Source: Centroscyllium fabricii (taxonomy: Eukaryota). Taken from it: a DNA stretch of 64,000 bases. Under the pieces are notes generated by a model. It made no database searches, was not told the DNA's origin, and saw only the letters and a program-made list of their open reading frames with translations. The stretch spans positions 10,726,001 through 10,790,000 of the forward strand of contig JBNRSN020000003.1 of the NCBI GenBank assembly GCA_051313645.2, written 5' to 3'. This document shows positions 1 through 11,975 of the stretch, piece after piece. Each line of letters opens with the position of its first letter. Within the stretch, counting starts at the first letter, position 1. A program made the translations under genes and the position numbers.

Positions 1-165
1 AAAAAATATTTGGACCAGCACATGAAGGACCATAACATACAGGGTTATGGGCCAGGTGCGGGCAAATGGGGTTAGTATAGCGAGGAGTTTCCTGGGCCGG
101 TGCGGACTGGATGGGCCGAATGGCCCTTATCCGCACTGTAAAATTTCTATGATTCTATGATTCTA
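1..165 (+). mobile_element. CR1 LINE 3' end fragment
   Basis: GATGGGCCGAATGGCC hairpin and (ATTCTATG)n tail typical of CR1 3' termini. Confidence 0.75.
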
Positions 166-285
166 AGGCAAGCAAAATGACGTGCATTTCTATGAAATCC
201 ATCAAGTCATGCCAACATTGAGTGTTTGATCCATCCATACATTCCCAACCATTACCACTGTATTAGCAAGTGCTTAATACTTCAC

Positions 286-390
286 CTTCAAGGTCCTCAT
301 CTCTCGCCTTGTCGGCAAGTTCAGAGGAAGAAACACTTTCTCGACATAAAGCACAGTCTTCCAGTGCAGGGCTTCTCAGCGGCTGGTCAC
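286..390 (-). CDS. ZFYVE28: ZFYVE28/Lst2 internal exon (105 nt, phase 1-1), just upstream of the FYVE domain exons
   Basis: Minus strand tttattccag|GTGACCAG...CTTGAAG|gtgaag; translates (G)[34 protein letters not shown], matching the Lst2 [14 protein letters not shown]...SSSELA segment; phase joins the 3453-3569 exon. Confidence 0.93.
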
Positions 391-819
391 CTGGAATAAA
401 GCAGCCAATGGCATTGGAGCAAACCCATGTATTAACACTGCTAAACTCAATTACTTGCTTTTCTGGTCGAATATTTAAACTCAGAAGAGGTCTTTACTGC
501 TAATGTTATCCAAAGTCCAAGTTTTCCCATTGGTTAACCTACAAGCTTGTTGCAAAGAGTCTGCGCAATTTACCATCTTTGTACCTGCTTCCTCCACAAG
601 TTGCCCATTTAATTTATGGCTGGCTTTGGGAGATCAGCGGTAGGGTAAGAGGCATTTTCCACTACTCATTCGCTTACAACTGGCTTCGCCCCCCGCCATC
701 ACCCCATCCCATTATTTGGATCGCAACAAATGCTGGCTTGGTCAGCGACGCCCAGATCCCATAAGCGAGTAAGAAACAAACATGTGGGAACTAGGTCAAG
801 TGAAGTTTGCAAAAATTTT

Positions 820-1571
820 GGGCCACAAATTAGCCGTGGAGCCTTCGTGCGAGTGCAGGGCTCCTAGTTACACTTACCCTGCACTTTTGCCGTTTTGAAA
901 TTCTACGATGTGAACTCCCGAGTTGTACGGCTGCTTCAGGCTCTATGCGAGCTGCTGGTGCAACTCAACGGCGCAATTAGTGCAAGATAGCGCACGAGAC
1001 CACGTGATCGGCAGGGAGCCAATCAATGGAAGCAATCCTCCATTCAAACTTACACAGAGAAATCTGTGTAACTTTTGAAAAGGAAGAGCTTCAAAAACAC
1101 ATCTAAACACAAATATAAAATTTAAAAACACCCAATTTTTTAACAATACTCTAACTAACATAAATTACCTATTTTAAAGAAACAATAAAAATTTAGAATT
1201 TTTTTTTACAGTCTTTAACTGGCCTAAAATAATACATACCTGTCTTTGAAGTTAATTTTTTTTAAAAACCTGTAAAAACACTTAAATTCTATAATACTTA
1301 CCTGCTAAAAATGGGTGGTTACGTCTGATATTTTTAAGTGTATAATCTTCCATACTTACCCCGATAAAAAAGTCAGAAAAAAATGGGAGTCCACTGCGCA
1401 CCTCCTGGTGCGCAGGCGAACGCGATCCATCTCGCAGCAGCTCTCGACCCCCCGCTGGATGCCTTCGGAATGGCAGGGAGCAACCGGAAACGGCTGCTAC
1501 CTGCGATTCGGAGCTTAGGTGCGCTAACACCCGGCTCCAAAACCTCCTGCGCTCATCGGAAGCATTGGCCC
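820..1571. mobile_element. Non-autonomous DNA transposon (PIF/Harbinger-like), copy 1
   Basis: Imperfect GGGCC(A)..ATT termini; about 750 bp similar in inverted orientation to 16334-17088; no coding capacity. Confidence 0.65.
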
Positions 1572-2047
1572 AATAAAAGTTTTTTAAAAAATGTTCAGCC
1601 AGTCGTTTTGCAGCAACTGAAGCAAGTGAGGAATGTGCATCGTCAGCAACAGCAATATCTTTACAACCAGGCCTTGCGGAAGAAAGGAATGCCATTGCCC
1701 GCTGCCCAAGATTGCCTCAGCATCCTTTGGACCACTGGAGAGGGGAAGCTTCTTACACCATGACCCAGTGTAGCATAAAAGGCAAGGATGGACTTGCTCC
1801 CTGTGGGAACCCCACTAGTTAAAGGTGCCCTCTTGCAATGGCTCTTAGTTAAGGCAGTTAAGCCGCACAAACGGGTTTGCTCATGACTGAAACCATACAA
1901 TTTCCATATTGATTCATAAATTATTGGAGGGGTGCTCCTATTCCAATTACTTATGCCGCCAACAGAAATTATTTATGTAGATTTGGAAAAATGCTTTATT
2001 GAACTTTACGTGGCTTAATACTGATTCAGGTTGCTGAAAATCATGTA

Positions 2048-3270
2048 TAGCCACACTATAGGAAGGATGTGATTGCTTTGGAGAGGGTGCAGAGGAGATT
2101 CACCAGGATGTTACCTGGGCCGGAGCGCTTCAGCTATGAAGAAAGACTGGACAGGCTGGGGTTGTTTTCCTTGGAGCAGAGAAGGCTGAGGGGGGGGGGG
2201 GACCTGATTGAGGTGTACAAAATTATGAGGGGCGTAGATAGGAAGGAACTTTTTCCCTCAGTAGAGGGGTCAATAACAAGGGGGCATAGTTTCAAGGTAA
2301 GGGGCGGGAGGTTTAGCGGGGATTTGAGGGAAAACCTTTTTCACCCAGAGGGTGGTTGGAATCTGGAACTCACTGCCTGAAAGGGTGGTAGAGGCAGGAA
2401 CCCTCACAACATTCAAGAAGCATTTGGATGAGCACTTGAAATGCCACAGCATACAAGGCTACGGACATCATGGTACATCAGTCACTGAAGGTGGGAATGC
2501 AAGTGCAGCAGGCGGTCAAGAAAGCAAATGGCATGTTGGCCTTCATAGCAAGGGGATTTGAGTACAGGAGTAGGGAGGTGTTGCTACAGTTGTACAGGGC
2601 CTTGGTGAGGCCACACCTGGAGTATTGTGTGCAGTTTTGGTCTCCTAACTTGAGGAAGGACATTCTTGCTATTGAGAGAGTGCAGCGAAGGTTCACTAGA
2701 TTGATTCCTGGGATGGCCGGACTGACATATCAGGAAAGACTGGATCAACTGAACTTGTATCCTCGAGTTCAGAAGAATGAGGGGGGATCTTATAGAGACG
2801 TTTAAAATCCTGACTGGTTTAGACAAGTTAGATGCGGGCAAAATGTTTCCAATGTTAGGGAAGACTAGAACCAGGGGTCACAGTCTAAGGATAAAGGGGA
2901 GGCCATTTAAGACTGAGATGAGGAGGAACTTCTTCACCCAGAGAGTGGTGAATCTGTGGAATTCTCTGCCACAGAAGGTTGTTGAGGCCAGTTCACTAAA
3001 TATATTCAAAAGGGAGTTAGATATAATACTCACAACTAGGGGGATCAAGGGGTATGGCGAGAAAGCAGGAATGGGGTACTGAGGTAGCATGTTCAGCCAT
3101 GAACGCATTAAATGGCGGTGCAGGCTCGAAGGACCGAATGGTCTACTCCTGCACCTATTTTCTATGTTTCTATGTTTCCATGGACCAAATGCTGGAAAAT
3201 GGGATTAGATGGCCGGCGCGGACGCGATGGGCCGAAGGGCCTCTTTCTGTGCTGTATAACTCTATGACTA
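2048..3270 (+). mobile_element. Two nested 5'-truncated CR1 LINEs (younger copy about 2467-3178 inserted in the 3' end of an older one)
   Basis: ORF2 C-terminal peptides LERVQRRFTRMLPG, RPHLEYCVQFWSP, RTRGHSL, FFTQRVVNLWNSLP; two different 3' tails; host tail resumes at about 3179. Confidence 0.9.
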
Positions 3271-3452
3271 TAAAGAATGTTTCAATTTCAGTAGCCACTG
3301 CTGGATTACGAAGTGCATTTTAGAAATATGTTATACTGTCTAGGAAAATATACCTAAACTCTGGAACACTCTGCAGGTCAGTCAGCATCGGCTCAGAGAA
3401 CAGACAAGTTAATGTTTCAGGTGTAAATCCTTCATCAAAATTGGCTCATTAC

Positions 3453-3569
3453 CTTTCTTTTCTGTCCTGCTGCCCTCGTATTCAAACTTGGTTGCCATGA
3501 CCTCGAACAGAGTTTTAAGGATGCTTCGCAGGTCACTTGCATAGTTAGTTTGCAGCTGATCAGCAACAC
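3453..3569 (-). CDS. ZFYVE28: ZFYVE28/Lst2 internal exon (117 nt, phase 1-1)
   Basis: aacatag|GTGTTGCT...AAGAAAG|gtaatg; encodes (G)[38 protein letters not shown], the conserved Lst2 motif. Confidence 0.96.
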
Positions 3570-4517
3570 CTATGTTTTGAGAGAGAGAGAGGGTGTGTTT
3601 AAAAAAAAAAATTAAAGCAAAAATAACCTTCTGCCCATGGACTCGTAAAATAAAGAACGTGTCCCATCTTGCATCCCCACCAGCCCCCACAACTTCTTCC
3701 TGATCAAATAAAAGTATAGGTTATCTGCCAATTTGTAATTTTCTACCTGTGACATTTGTCACTGATTCCACCAGTGCAATGGATCCATCACGATAACCCT
3801 GTTATTTAAAATGTCACACATGCATTTTTTCGGGAGGGTGGGGGCGGGGGGTGGGGAAGGGTGTGTTGCGATCCAATTTACAATCTAGTCGATACAGCTC
3901 CAAGGAGCAATCCAATGCAGCAGCGGAACATAAATTAAATTTGCGGATCACAAGCTAAACAACAGCTTCAATTTATATAGCACTGCCAACACAGAAAATA
4001 ATGTCCAAGTGTGAGTGCAGGTTTTAGATCAACAGGTTGCTGCCACTGGCCGTATAGCAATATGCAGGGAGAATGAACAGTGGCGTCAAACATAAATCAA
4101 GTTTCTGAAGGTCTGTGGGGAAGAACGTGATGAGAATGCATGCAACACAGTCCTCTCTCCGGCAATAAAAGGTAACATTTTCGATGTTATTCTGGAGTTT
4201 AATAGGATTTCATATTGTTTCTTCTGAAAGATGATGTTAGCTGACCTCCACACATGTCGTGTGAAAGGGAAGGTGGGTGATGGTTTTCCAAACAGATTAC
4301 AAATGGTACAAGAAAGATAACTCTCATCAGGCAGGTTAGGTTGCACAACAAATGCTTTGTGCCCATCGTCTGGTACCCACAACTGCAGGCAGAGGTGAAA
4401 ATATCTTGCTTTGGACGAGGATTAGTCCTTGTGAAGGCTCCGGCAGCTAAAGAAAACGGCAACAGTCGACTCCGGATAGCTTTATGAAAATGTGAGAATG
4501 CCCCACCAACTGCAATA

Positions 4518-5175
4518 CAGGTTGAAGTTCGTTAATCCAGCACGGGCAGGACCAGGCCCGTACTGGACAAGTGAAATCCCGAACGATTGAAGTTTCGGCG
4601 AGCGCATGTGCAGACCATTCAAAATGGCCGCCGCGAAAGGCCGGCGGCCATTTCGAGTGGTCTGTGCATGTGCTGATCGTTCAGGGAGGCTCGGAGAGGC
4701 TCGCAGCGGCCAGGCTCGCAGCGGCCAGGCTCGGGGAGGCTCGCAGCGGGCAGGCTCGCAGCAGCCAGGCTCGGGGAGGCTCGCAGCGGCCAGGCTCGGG
4801 AAAGCTCGCAGCGGCCAGGCTCGGGGAGGCTCGCAGCGGCCAGGCTCGGGGAGGCTCGCAGCGGCCAGGCTCGGGAAAGCTCGCAGCGGCCAGGCTCGGG
4901 GAGGCTCGCAGCGGCCAGGCTCGGGGAGGCTCGCAGCGGCCAGGCTCGGGGAGGCTCGCAGCGGCCAGGCTCGGGGAGGCTCGCAGCGGCCAGGCTCGGG
5001 GAGGCTCGCAGCGGCCAGGCTCGGCCATTGTGAATGATCTGCGCATGTGCAGATCATTCACCGAAGCATCAATCGCGGTGGCCATTTTGCACATGCACAT
5101 GGCAGTCGGGGAAATTATTGCCGGACGTTCGAAGTTGCCGGTTTTTAGGGTGCCAGGTTAACGAACTTCAACCTG
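4518..5175. mobile_element. Tc1/mariner (pogo/Tigger-like) MITE with internal 25-bp tandem array
   Basis: TA|CAGGTTGAAGTTCGTTAA...TTAACGAACTTCAACCTG|TA (TIR plus TA TSD); array of GCTCGCAGCGGCCAGGCTCGGGGAG units at about 4690-5025. Confidence 0.88.
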
Positions 5176-6083
5176 TACAAGATGTTCCCTTGAAAACACC
5201 ACAATCACAGCATATCCTGCTTTCAGTAGCAGTGCATGAAAGGCGGCCATCTAACCAACCCTGACTGATGAGTTGCAGCCATACCCACAAAGATGCCAAT
5301 CATTTCTATGGACCCTGGCAATGACTGTGGGAACTGTTTTCTCGAGGTTTAGGCAGTAGGCTATCCCATCGGCTGCAAGAATCCGGAGCACAGAGCTGGC
5401 ACATGCGATGATGGGAATAGCTGACGCTTAGCTCCACCTTTTCCTCAGCAATCTGCAAGGCTGTCTGTTGGGAATAGTCCCCTCGAGTATCAGAGGGCAA
5501 TCCTCCTCAGGCAGCAACAGCTCCACTTCAACAGGCAAAGAGGGAATTGAGTGCTGGGCTGCTCAGTCACACACTGCAGACTCTTCTATTTCTGCACACC
5601 TCCTCTTGGAGCTCGGCTCCTTCAGCTTTGGCAATGGCTGCTGGGTTGAAATGCCTTCTGAGGCTCTCCAAGAGCACTCGGAATTTTGGCCTCCTATTGT
5701 GGCACCAACCTTTAATTATTCCCAGCCCTTATATTTCACTTGTATGCGATTCTTCACTGCCATTCGCCCGCTCTTTATATCTGTCCGAACCCACATCTGA
5801 AGTTACACTAATGAGCGGATCTAGGAAAATAGGGAGTAAACAGCCCATTTCCATGTAAACTTCTCCAAAATCTGCCAATTGCTATTCTTGCAGTAGTTAC
5901 ACCCAAAACAAAGAAAATCTAGACTACAGGGTTCAATTTGGTTGTTGGAGGTCAATCATCTTAGCCCCGGGATATCGCTGCAGGAGTTCCTCAGGGCAGT
6001 GTCCTAGGCCCAACCATCTTCAGCTGCTTCATCAATGACCTTCCCTCCGTCATAAGGTCAGAAGTGGGGATGTTCGCTGATGA

Positions 6084-7418
6084 GTCATAGAGTTTTACAG
6101 CACAGAAAGAGGCCCTTCGGCCCATTGCGTCCGTGCCGGCCATCAAGCCCTGTCTATTCTAAAATGATAGCAAAATACTGCGGATAGGGTGGGATATGTG
6201 TCGGTGCAGGCTCGAGAGGGATCGAGGGATATGGGGAGAAGGCAGGGACAGGGTGCTGAGTTTGGATGATCAGCCATGATTTCATTGAATGGCGGAGCAG
6301 GCTCGAAGGGCCGAATGGCCGACTCCTATCTTCTATGTTTCTATGTTTACTGCGGATGCTGGAAATCTGAAATAACAACAGAAAACGCTGGAGAAACTCA
6401 GCAGGCCAGGCAGCATCGGTGGAGAGAGGAGCAGAGTTGACGTTTCAGGTCGATGACCTTTTTTCAAAACTGGAGAGGCCAGGAGGGGAGCTAAATTTTA
6501 AAGCATTTGGTCCATAACCTTGTATGCTATGGCATTTCAAGTGCTCATCCAAATGCTTCTTGTTGTGAGGGTTCCTGCCTCTGCAACCCTTTCAGGCAGT
6601 GAGTTCCAGATCCCAACTACCCTCTAGGTGAAAAAGTTCTTCCTCAAATCCCCTCTAAACCTCCTGCCCCTGACCTTGAATCTATGCCCCCTGGTTACTG
6701 ACCCCTCTACTAAGGGGAAAAGTTCCTTTCTATGTACCCTATCTACGCCCCTCATAACTTTCACGTCCTCCCCACTCAGCCTTCTCTGCTCCAAGGAAAA
6801 CAACCCCAGCCTGTCCAGTCTTTCTTCGTAGCTGAAGCGCTCCAGCCCAGGTAACATCCTGGTGAATCTCCTCTGCACCCTCTCCAAAGCAATCACATCC
6901 TTCCTATAGTGTGGCGACCAGAACTGCACACAGTACTCCAGCTGTGGCCTTACCATCGTTTTGTACAGCTCCATCATAACCTCCCTGCTCTTATATTCTA
7001 TGCCTCAGCTAAAGGCGGGAAGTATCCCATATGCCGTTTTACCCACCTTATCTACCTGTCCTGCTGCCTTCAGGGATCTATGTACATGCACACCAAGGTC
7101 CCTCTGAACCTCCGTCTTTCCTCGGGTCTTACCATTCATTGTGTATTCCCTTGCCTTGTGAGTCCTTCCTTCCAAAATGCATCACCTCACACCTTTCAAG
7201 GTTAAATTCCATTTGCCACTGCTCCGCCCATCTGACCAACCCATCTATATCGTCCTGCAGACTGAGGCTTCCCTCTTCGCTATTTACCACTCCACCAATT
7301 TTCGTGTCATCAGCGAACTTACTGATCATACCTTTTACATTCATATCCAAATCATTAATGTAGACTACAAACAGCAAGGGACCCAGCACTGATCCCTGCG
7401 GTACCCTGCTGGACACAG
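6084..7418 (-). mobile_element. CR1 LINE fragment containing a nested Penelope pLTR and a SINE 3' piece (about 6165-6505)
   Basis: [31 protein letters not shown] on minus strand; TACTGCGGA duplication flanks the nested SINE piece. Confidence 0.88.
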
Positions 7419-7786
7419 CGTTCAGTGCCATTTGCAACTCCTCAGATGAAGCAGTCCATGCCCGCATGCAGCAAGAGCTGGATGACATTCAGGCTTGGGC
7501 CGATAAGTGGCAAGTAACATTCGTGCCACACAAGTGCTAGGCAAGGACTATCTCCAACAAGCGAGTGTGTCTAACCACGGCATTACCATCACCAAGAACC
7601 CCACCATCAACATTCTGGGGGTCACCATTGACCAGAACCTTAACTGGACCAGTCACAAATACTGTGGCTACAAGAGCAAGTCAGAGACTGGGTATTCTGT
7701 GGCGAGTGTCTGACCTCCTGAATCCTCAAAGCCTTTCCACCTTCTACAAGGCACAAGTGTGACGGAATACTCTCCATTTGCCTGGA

Positions 7787-8139
7787 CGACACGGTGGTGC
7801 ACTGCTGCCTCGCAATAAGGAGCTCCTGGGTTCGAATCCTGCTTGGTCTGGGACCTCTCTGCGTGGAGTTTGCATGTTCTCCCTGTGTTCGTGTGGGTTT
7901 CCTCCGGGTACTCCGGTTTCCTCCCACCACCCAAAGACATGCAGGTTAGGTGAATTGGAGATACTAAAAAATTAGTATGTGTGTGAGGTATAGTTCTTAG
8001 AGTTGGGGGTGTCGGGGGATATGGGGAGAGCGTAGGAGGGGGGTGCTCGGTTTGGATGATCAGCCATGAACTCATTGAATGGCGAAGCAAGCTCAAAGGG
8101 CCGAATGGCCTACTCCTGCTCCTATCTTGTGTGTTTGTG
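7787..8139 (+). mobile_element. V-SINE (HE1-related variant subfamily)
   Basis: tRNA-like head, V-domain GTGGAGTTTGCA...GGTTTCCTCCGGGT.CTCCGGTTTCCTCCCAC, CR1-type tail; second copy at about 60825-61200. Confidence 0.85.
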
Positions 8140-8827
8140 AGTTGCAACAACACTCAAGAAGCTCAACACCATCCAGGACAAAGCAGCCCGCTTATTTGGC
8201 ACCATCCACCACCTTAAACGCCGACTCCCTCCACCACCGGCGTACCGTGGCTGCAGTGTACGCCATCTGCAAGATGTACTGCAGCAACTCGCCAAGGCTT
8301 CTTTGGCAGCAACACCCAAACCCACGACCTCTTCCACTTAGAAGGACAAGGGCAGCAGGTGCACGGGAACACCACCACGTCCGAGTCACACACCATCCTG
8401 ACTTGGAAATATATCGCTGTTCTTTCATCGTCGCTGGGTCAAAATCCTGGAACTCCCTCCTGAACAGCACTGTAGGAGTATCTTCACCACACAGTCTGCA
8501 GCGGTTCAAGGCAGCGGCTCACCACTACCTTCTCAAGGGCGATTAGGGGTGGGCAATAAATGCTGGCCTTGCCAGGGATGCCCACACCCCAGGAACAAAA
8601 ATGTTTTTTTTAATGAGATCAAACCTGGGTAACTTGTGCAGGAGCGAAAAAATCGGCAGGACCGATTTGAACAATATGGTATCTTTTACTCAACAGTCCA
8701 ACAAAAGCAAATAATGGTGCAGCTGTGATGCAGTACATTAATATATTGGGGGGGGGGGGGGGGGGGTGGAGAAAGTAAACAACACAGGAAAGGAGGGGGC
8801 AAAACATGGGCAATGCCATAGGTCAAT

Positions 8828-9204
8828 GGGCGGCACGGTGGCATAGTGGTTAGCACTGTTGCCTCACAGCTCTGGAGACCCGGGTTCAAATCCGGCCTCG
8901 GGTGACTATCTGTGTGGAGTTTGCACATTCTCCCCGTGTCTGCGTGGGTTTCCTCCGGGTGCTCCGGTTTCCTCCCTCAGTCCAAAGATATGCGGGTTAG
9001 GTTGATTGGCCAGGATAAATTGACCCTTAGTGTTAGGGGGATTGAATATGTGGGGTTACGGGGATAGGGTGGGATATGTGTCGGTGCAGGCTCGATAGGG
9101 ATCGAGGGATATGGGGACAAGGCAGGGACAGGGTACTGGGTTTGGATGATCAGCTCGAAGGGCCGAATGGCCTACTCCTGCTCCTATCTTCTATGTTTCT
9201 ATGT
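8828..9204 (+). mobile_element. HE1-type V-SINE
   Basis: GGGCGGCACGGTGGC head, V-domain, CR1-derived tail ending (TTCTATGT)n. Confidence 0.92.
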
Positions 9205-9879
9205 CTGCAAGGTTATCTGATATTGAGTTTTGACTGACTAGCAAATACTAATGTAATATTTTTGCAATACTGTACACTATAGCTTCCCTTTGGGTAGTTA
9301 GCACAGTCATTTTGAAGTTAGGGCAGGGTGTCCCCAGGGCTGCATCAATATTTGCAAGGGACCCTTCACACACACGTTCAAAAACAACTGCTCTAACCAG
9401 CAGTTCTGAAGCACTGTAGGACAGTGAGTATGAAAGCAGACTTCTCCTGATATAGTTAGAATTACGGGACAAAAATCAAAACACATTTCCTCTTTAATTT
9501 CACCTTATTCGCCCTGGTGAAAGTTGTTTCAAGCACAGGTAAACTTAACTGGTGTGAAAAGAAAGGGTAGTGGGACAACAGATTCCTTCAACACCAATGC
9601 GAAGGAGGAAGGATTTCCAAAAGGTAATGGAAAGGTCGTCTGGCACCATGAAGCACACAGTCAGTGAGTTATGATCGGATTAGGAAATAGAAACTTCTGC
9701 CCGATAATCTACCAAGCCATTATTTTCTGCTTTTGATAACCAATTCCAGACAAGCATGGCTGTTTAACTGATCACCTCACCTTTGCCTATGAGCTACCTG
9801 CCAGGGTGCCTCCTCCTCCCATTCTTAAAGGTCATTACTGTACATTTATCCATATTAAAGTCCAACTGTTTCTTAGCTC

Positions 9880-10203
9880 GGGGGGGGGGGGGGGGAAAGA
9901 GAGAGAGGGGGGAAGAGAGAGGGGGGAGAGAGAGGGGGGGGAAGAGAGAGGGGGGGAAGAGAGAGGGGGGGGAAGAGAGAGGGGGGGGAAGAGAGAGGGG
10001 GGGAAGAGAGAGGGGGGGAGAGAGAGGGGGGGGAGAGAGGGGGGAGAGAGGGGGGGAGAGAGGGGGGGAGAGAGGGGGGGAGAGAGAGAGGGGGGGGGAG
10101 AGAGAGGGGGGGGAGAGAGAGGGGGGGAGAGAGAGTGGGGGAGAGAGAGTGTGGGGGAGAGAGAGTGGGGGTGGGGGGGGAGAGAGGGGGGGGGGGGAAG
10201 AGA
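9880..10203. repeat. Polypurine (G-run/GA) low-complexity tract directly next to the exon donor site
   Basis: About 320 nt almost entirely G and A on plus strand; the overlapping ORFs are artefacts. Confidence 0.95.
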
Positions 10204-10211
10204 GCAGATAC

Positions 10212-10375
10212 CTGCGATGCACACGAAAAGTCTGTGAATAAGATCGCTGCTGCTATGGAATCGGGCCCGGATCTTTTCTCTTGTGGCAACTTTGGCAGCC
10301 AGAAGCGCAAGCTGGATCTCCTCTTGATCGACATCCTCGGAGGTGTAGGAACTTGTAGATAGACTGCCAACAGGG
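10212..10375 (-). CDS. ZFYVE28: ZFYVE28/Lst2 internal exon (164 nt, phase 2-1)
   Basis: ttttacag|CCCTGTT...ATCGCAG|gtatct; encodes (S)[54 protein letters not shown](G), matching Lst2 [21 protein letters not shown]. Confidence 0.96.
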
Positions 10376-10536
10376 CTGTAAAAACAGAGCATTTGTTAAT
10401 GCTGGCAAAGCTGAAAAGACCAGATTATGCCACCGTGCCGCCCTGAAGTTGATCATCCACCAGGTGAGGCAGATAGAACTTTGACTGAAAGTCTCAGCTG
10501 GACAGTGCCTCACAGTGCACTTCCCTCAATAATTAA

Positions 10537-11288
10537 GAGTCATAGAGTTATACAGCACAAAAAGAGGCCCTTCGGCCCATCACGTCCGTGCCGGCCATCA
10601 AGCCCTGTCTATTCTAATCCCATTTTCCAGCACTTGGTCCGTAGCCTTGCATGCTATGGCGTTTCAAGTGCTCATCTAAATGCTTCTTGAATGTTGTGAG
10701 GGTTCCTGCCTCTAACACCTTTCAGGCAGTGAGTTCCAGATTCCAACCACCCTCTGGGTGAAAAGTTCTTCCTCAAATCCCCTCTAAACCTCCCGCCCCT
10801 TACCTTGAAACTATGCCCCCTTTTTATTGACCCCTCTATTAAGGGGAAAAGTTCCTTTCTATCTACCTTATCTATGCCCCTCATAATTGTGTACACCTCA
10901 ATCAGGTCCCCCCTCAGCCTTCTCTGCTCCAGGGAAAACAACCCCAGCCTGTCCAGTCTCCTTCATAGCTGAAGCGCTCCAGCCCAGCTAACATCCTGGT
11001 GAATCTCCTCTGCACCCTCTCCAAAGCAATCACATCCTTCCTATAGTGTGGTGACCAGAACTGCACACAGTACTCCAGCTGTGGCCTTACCAGCGTTTTG
11101 TACAGCTCCACCATAACCTCCCTGCTCTTATATTCTATGCCTCGGCTAATGAAGGCAAGTATGCCATATGCCTTTTTAACCACCTTATCTACCTGTCCTG
11201 CTGCCTTCAGGGATCTATGTACATGCACACCAAGGTCCCTCTGATCCTCTGTATTTCCTAGGCTCTTAGCATTCATTGTGTATTCCCA
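10537..11288 (-). mobile_element. CR1 LINE 3' fragment
   Basis: RDLGVHVH, RPQLEYCVQFWSP and RLRGDLIEVY peptides plus 3' tail. Confidence 0.9.
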
Positions 11289-11589
11289 TCATTTTCAGCT
11301 AATGAACTAACCTTTTTTAAAATTGTGAATCTTTCACGCCAAGTTATCTCAGTTCTTCAGGCTACAACCTCTGCCTCAGAGAGGTGTAATGGCTTATTCC
11401 AAGAGTTTTACCAATGCCCTTTCTAACCAATCACGAGGAGGCATGAGCTATCATCCAGACGCCCCATCCATGCTGAATGGCCTATGGACACTCACAAAAT
11501 AAGCTTACGCAAAGAATGACCATTGAGCACAGCTGTCAACACTTGTACACTGTACTCACAACATTAAATCAATGGCATTAGGGGAGCAA

Positions 11590-11975
11590 TGCCTCGATTT
11601 TAAAATTCTTATCTTTGGTTTTCAAATCCCTCCATGGCCTCGCCCCCTCCCTATCTCTGTAAACTTCTCCAGCACCCCCACCCCCAAGATATCTGCACTC
11701 CTAATTCTGTCCTCTTGAGCATCCCTGATGTTAATCACGCAACCATTGGTGGCCGTGCCTTCAGCTGCCAAGGTGCTAAAGCTCTGGAATTCTCTGCCTA
11801 AACCTCTCCGCCTGTCTTTCCTCCTTTAAGAAGCTCCTTAAAACCTGACTCTTTCAACAGCTCTAATTTATCCTTATGCGGCTCGGTGTCAAATTTTGCC
11901 TTGTAACACTCCTGTGAAGCACCATGGGACGTTTGACTACGTTAAAGGCGCCATATAAACACAAGTAGTTGTTGA
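11590..11975 (+). mobile_element. L2-type LINE 3' end
   Basis: FKIL..FKSLHGLAPPYL, GGRAFS and LWNSLP-like remnants; GTGAAGC...AAAGGCGC.ATATAAA tail. Confidence 0.7.

Larger units (their letters stand above)
5930..8600 (+). mobile_element. Non-CR1 LINE 3' half (clade not determined), interrupted by CR1 and SINE insertions
   Basis: [10 protein letters not shown] and MFADD at 5980-6083, resuming at about 7419 with WADKWQVTF and YKAQV; same family in reverse at 13800-15790. Confidence 0.75.

Noticed and set aside
4482-5161. Long repetitive ORFs on both strands
   Set aside because: Produced by a stop-free 25-bp GC-rich array inside a MITE
5300-5880. Coding-like minus-strand sequence as an extra ZFYVE28 exon
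   Set aside because: Stops in all frames examined, no Lst2 similarity, and flanking exons already join in frame
8828-8900. tRNA-like sequence with A and B boxes (also at 36700, 51327, 54700, 55650, 58024)
   Set aside because: These are SINE heads continuing into V or Deu domains, not tRNA genes
9783-10241. Gly/Glu/Arg-rich and Pro/Ser/Leu-rich ORFs
   Set aside because: Translation of the purine tract; only 10212-10375 is a real exon
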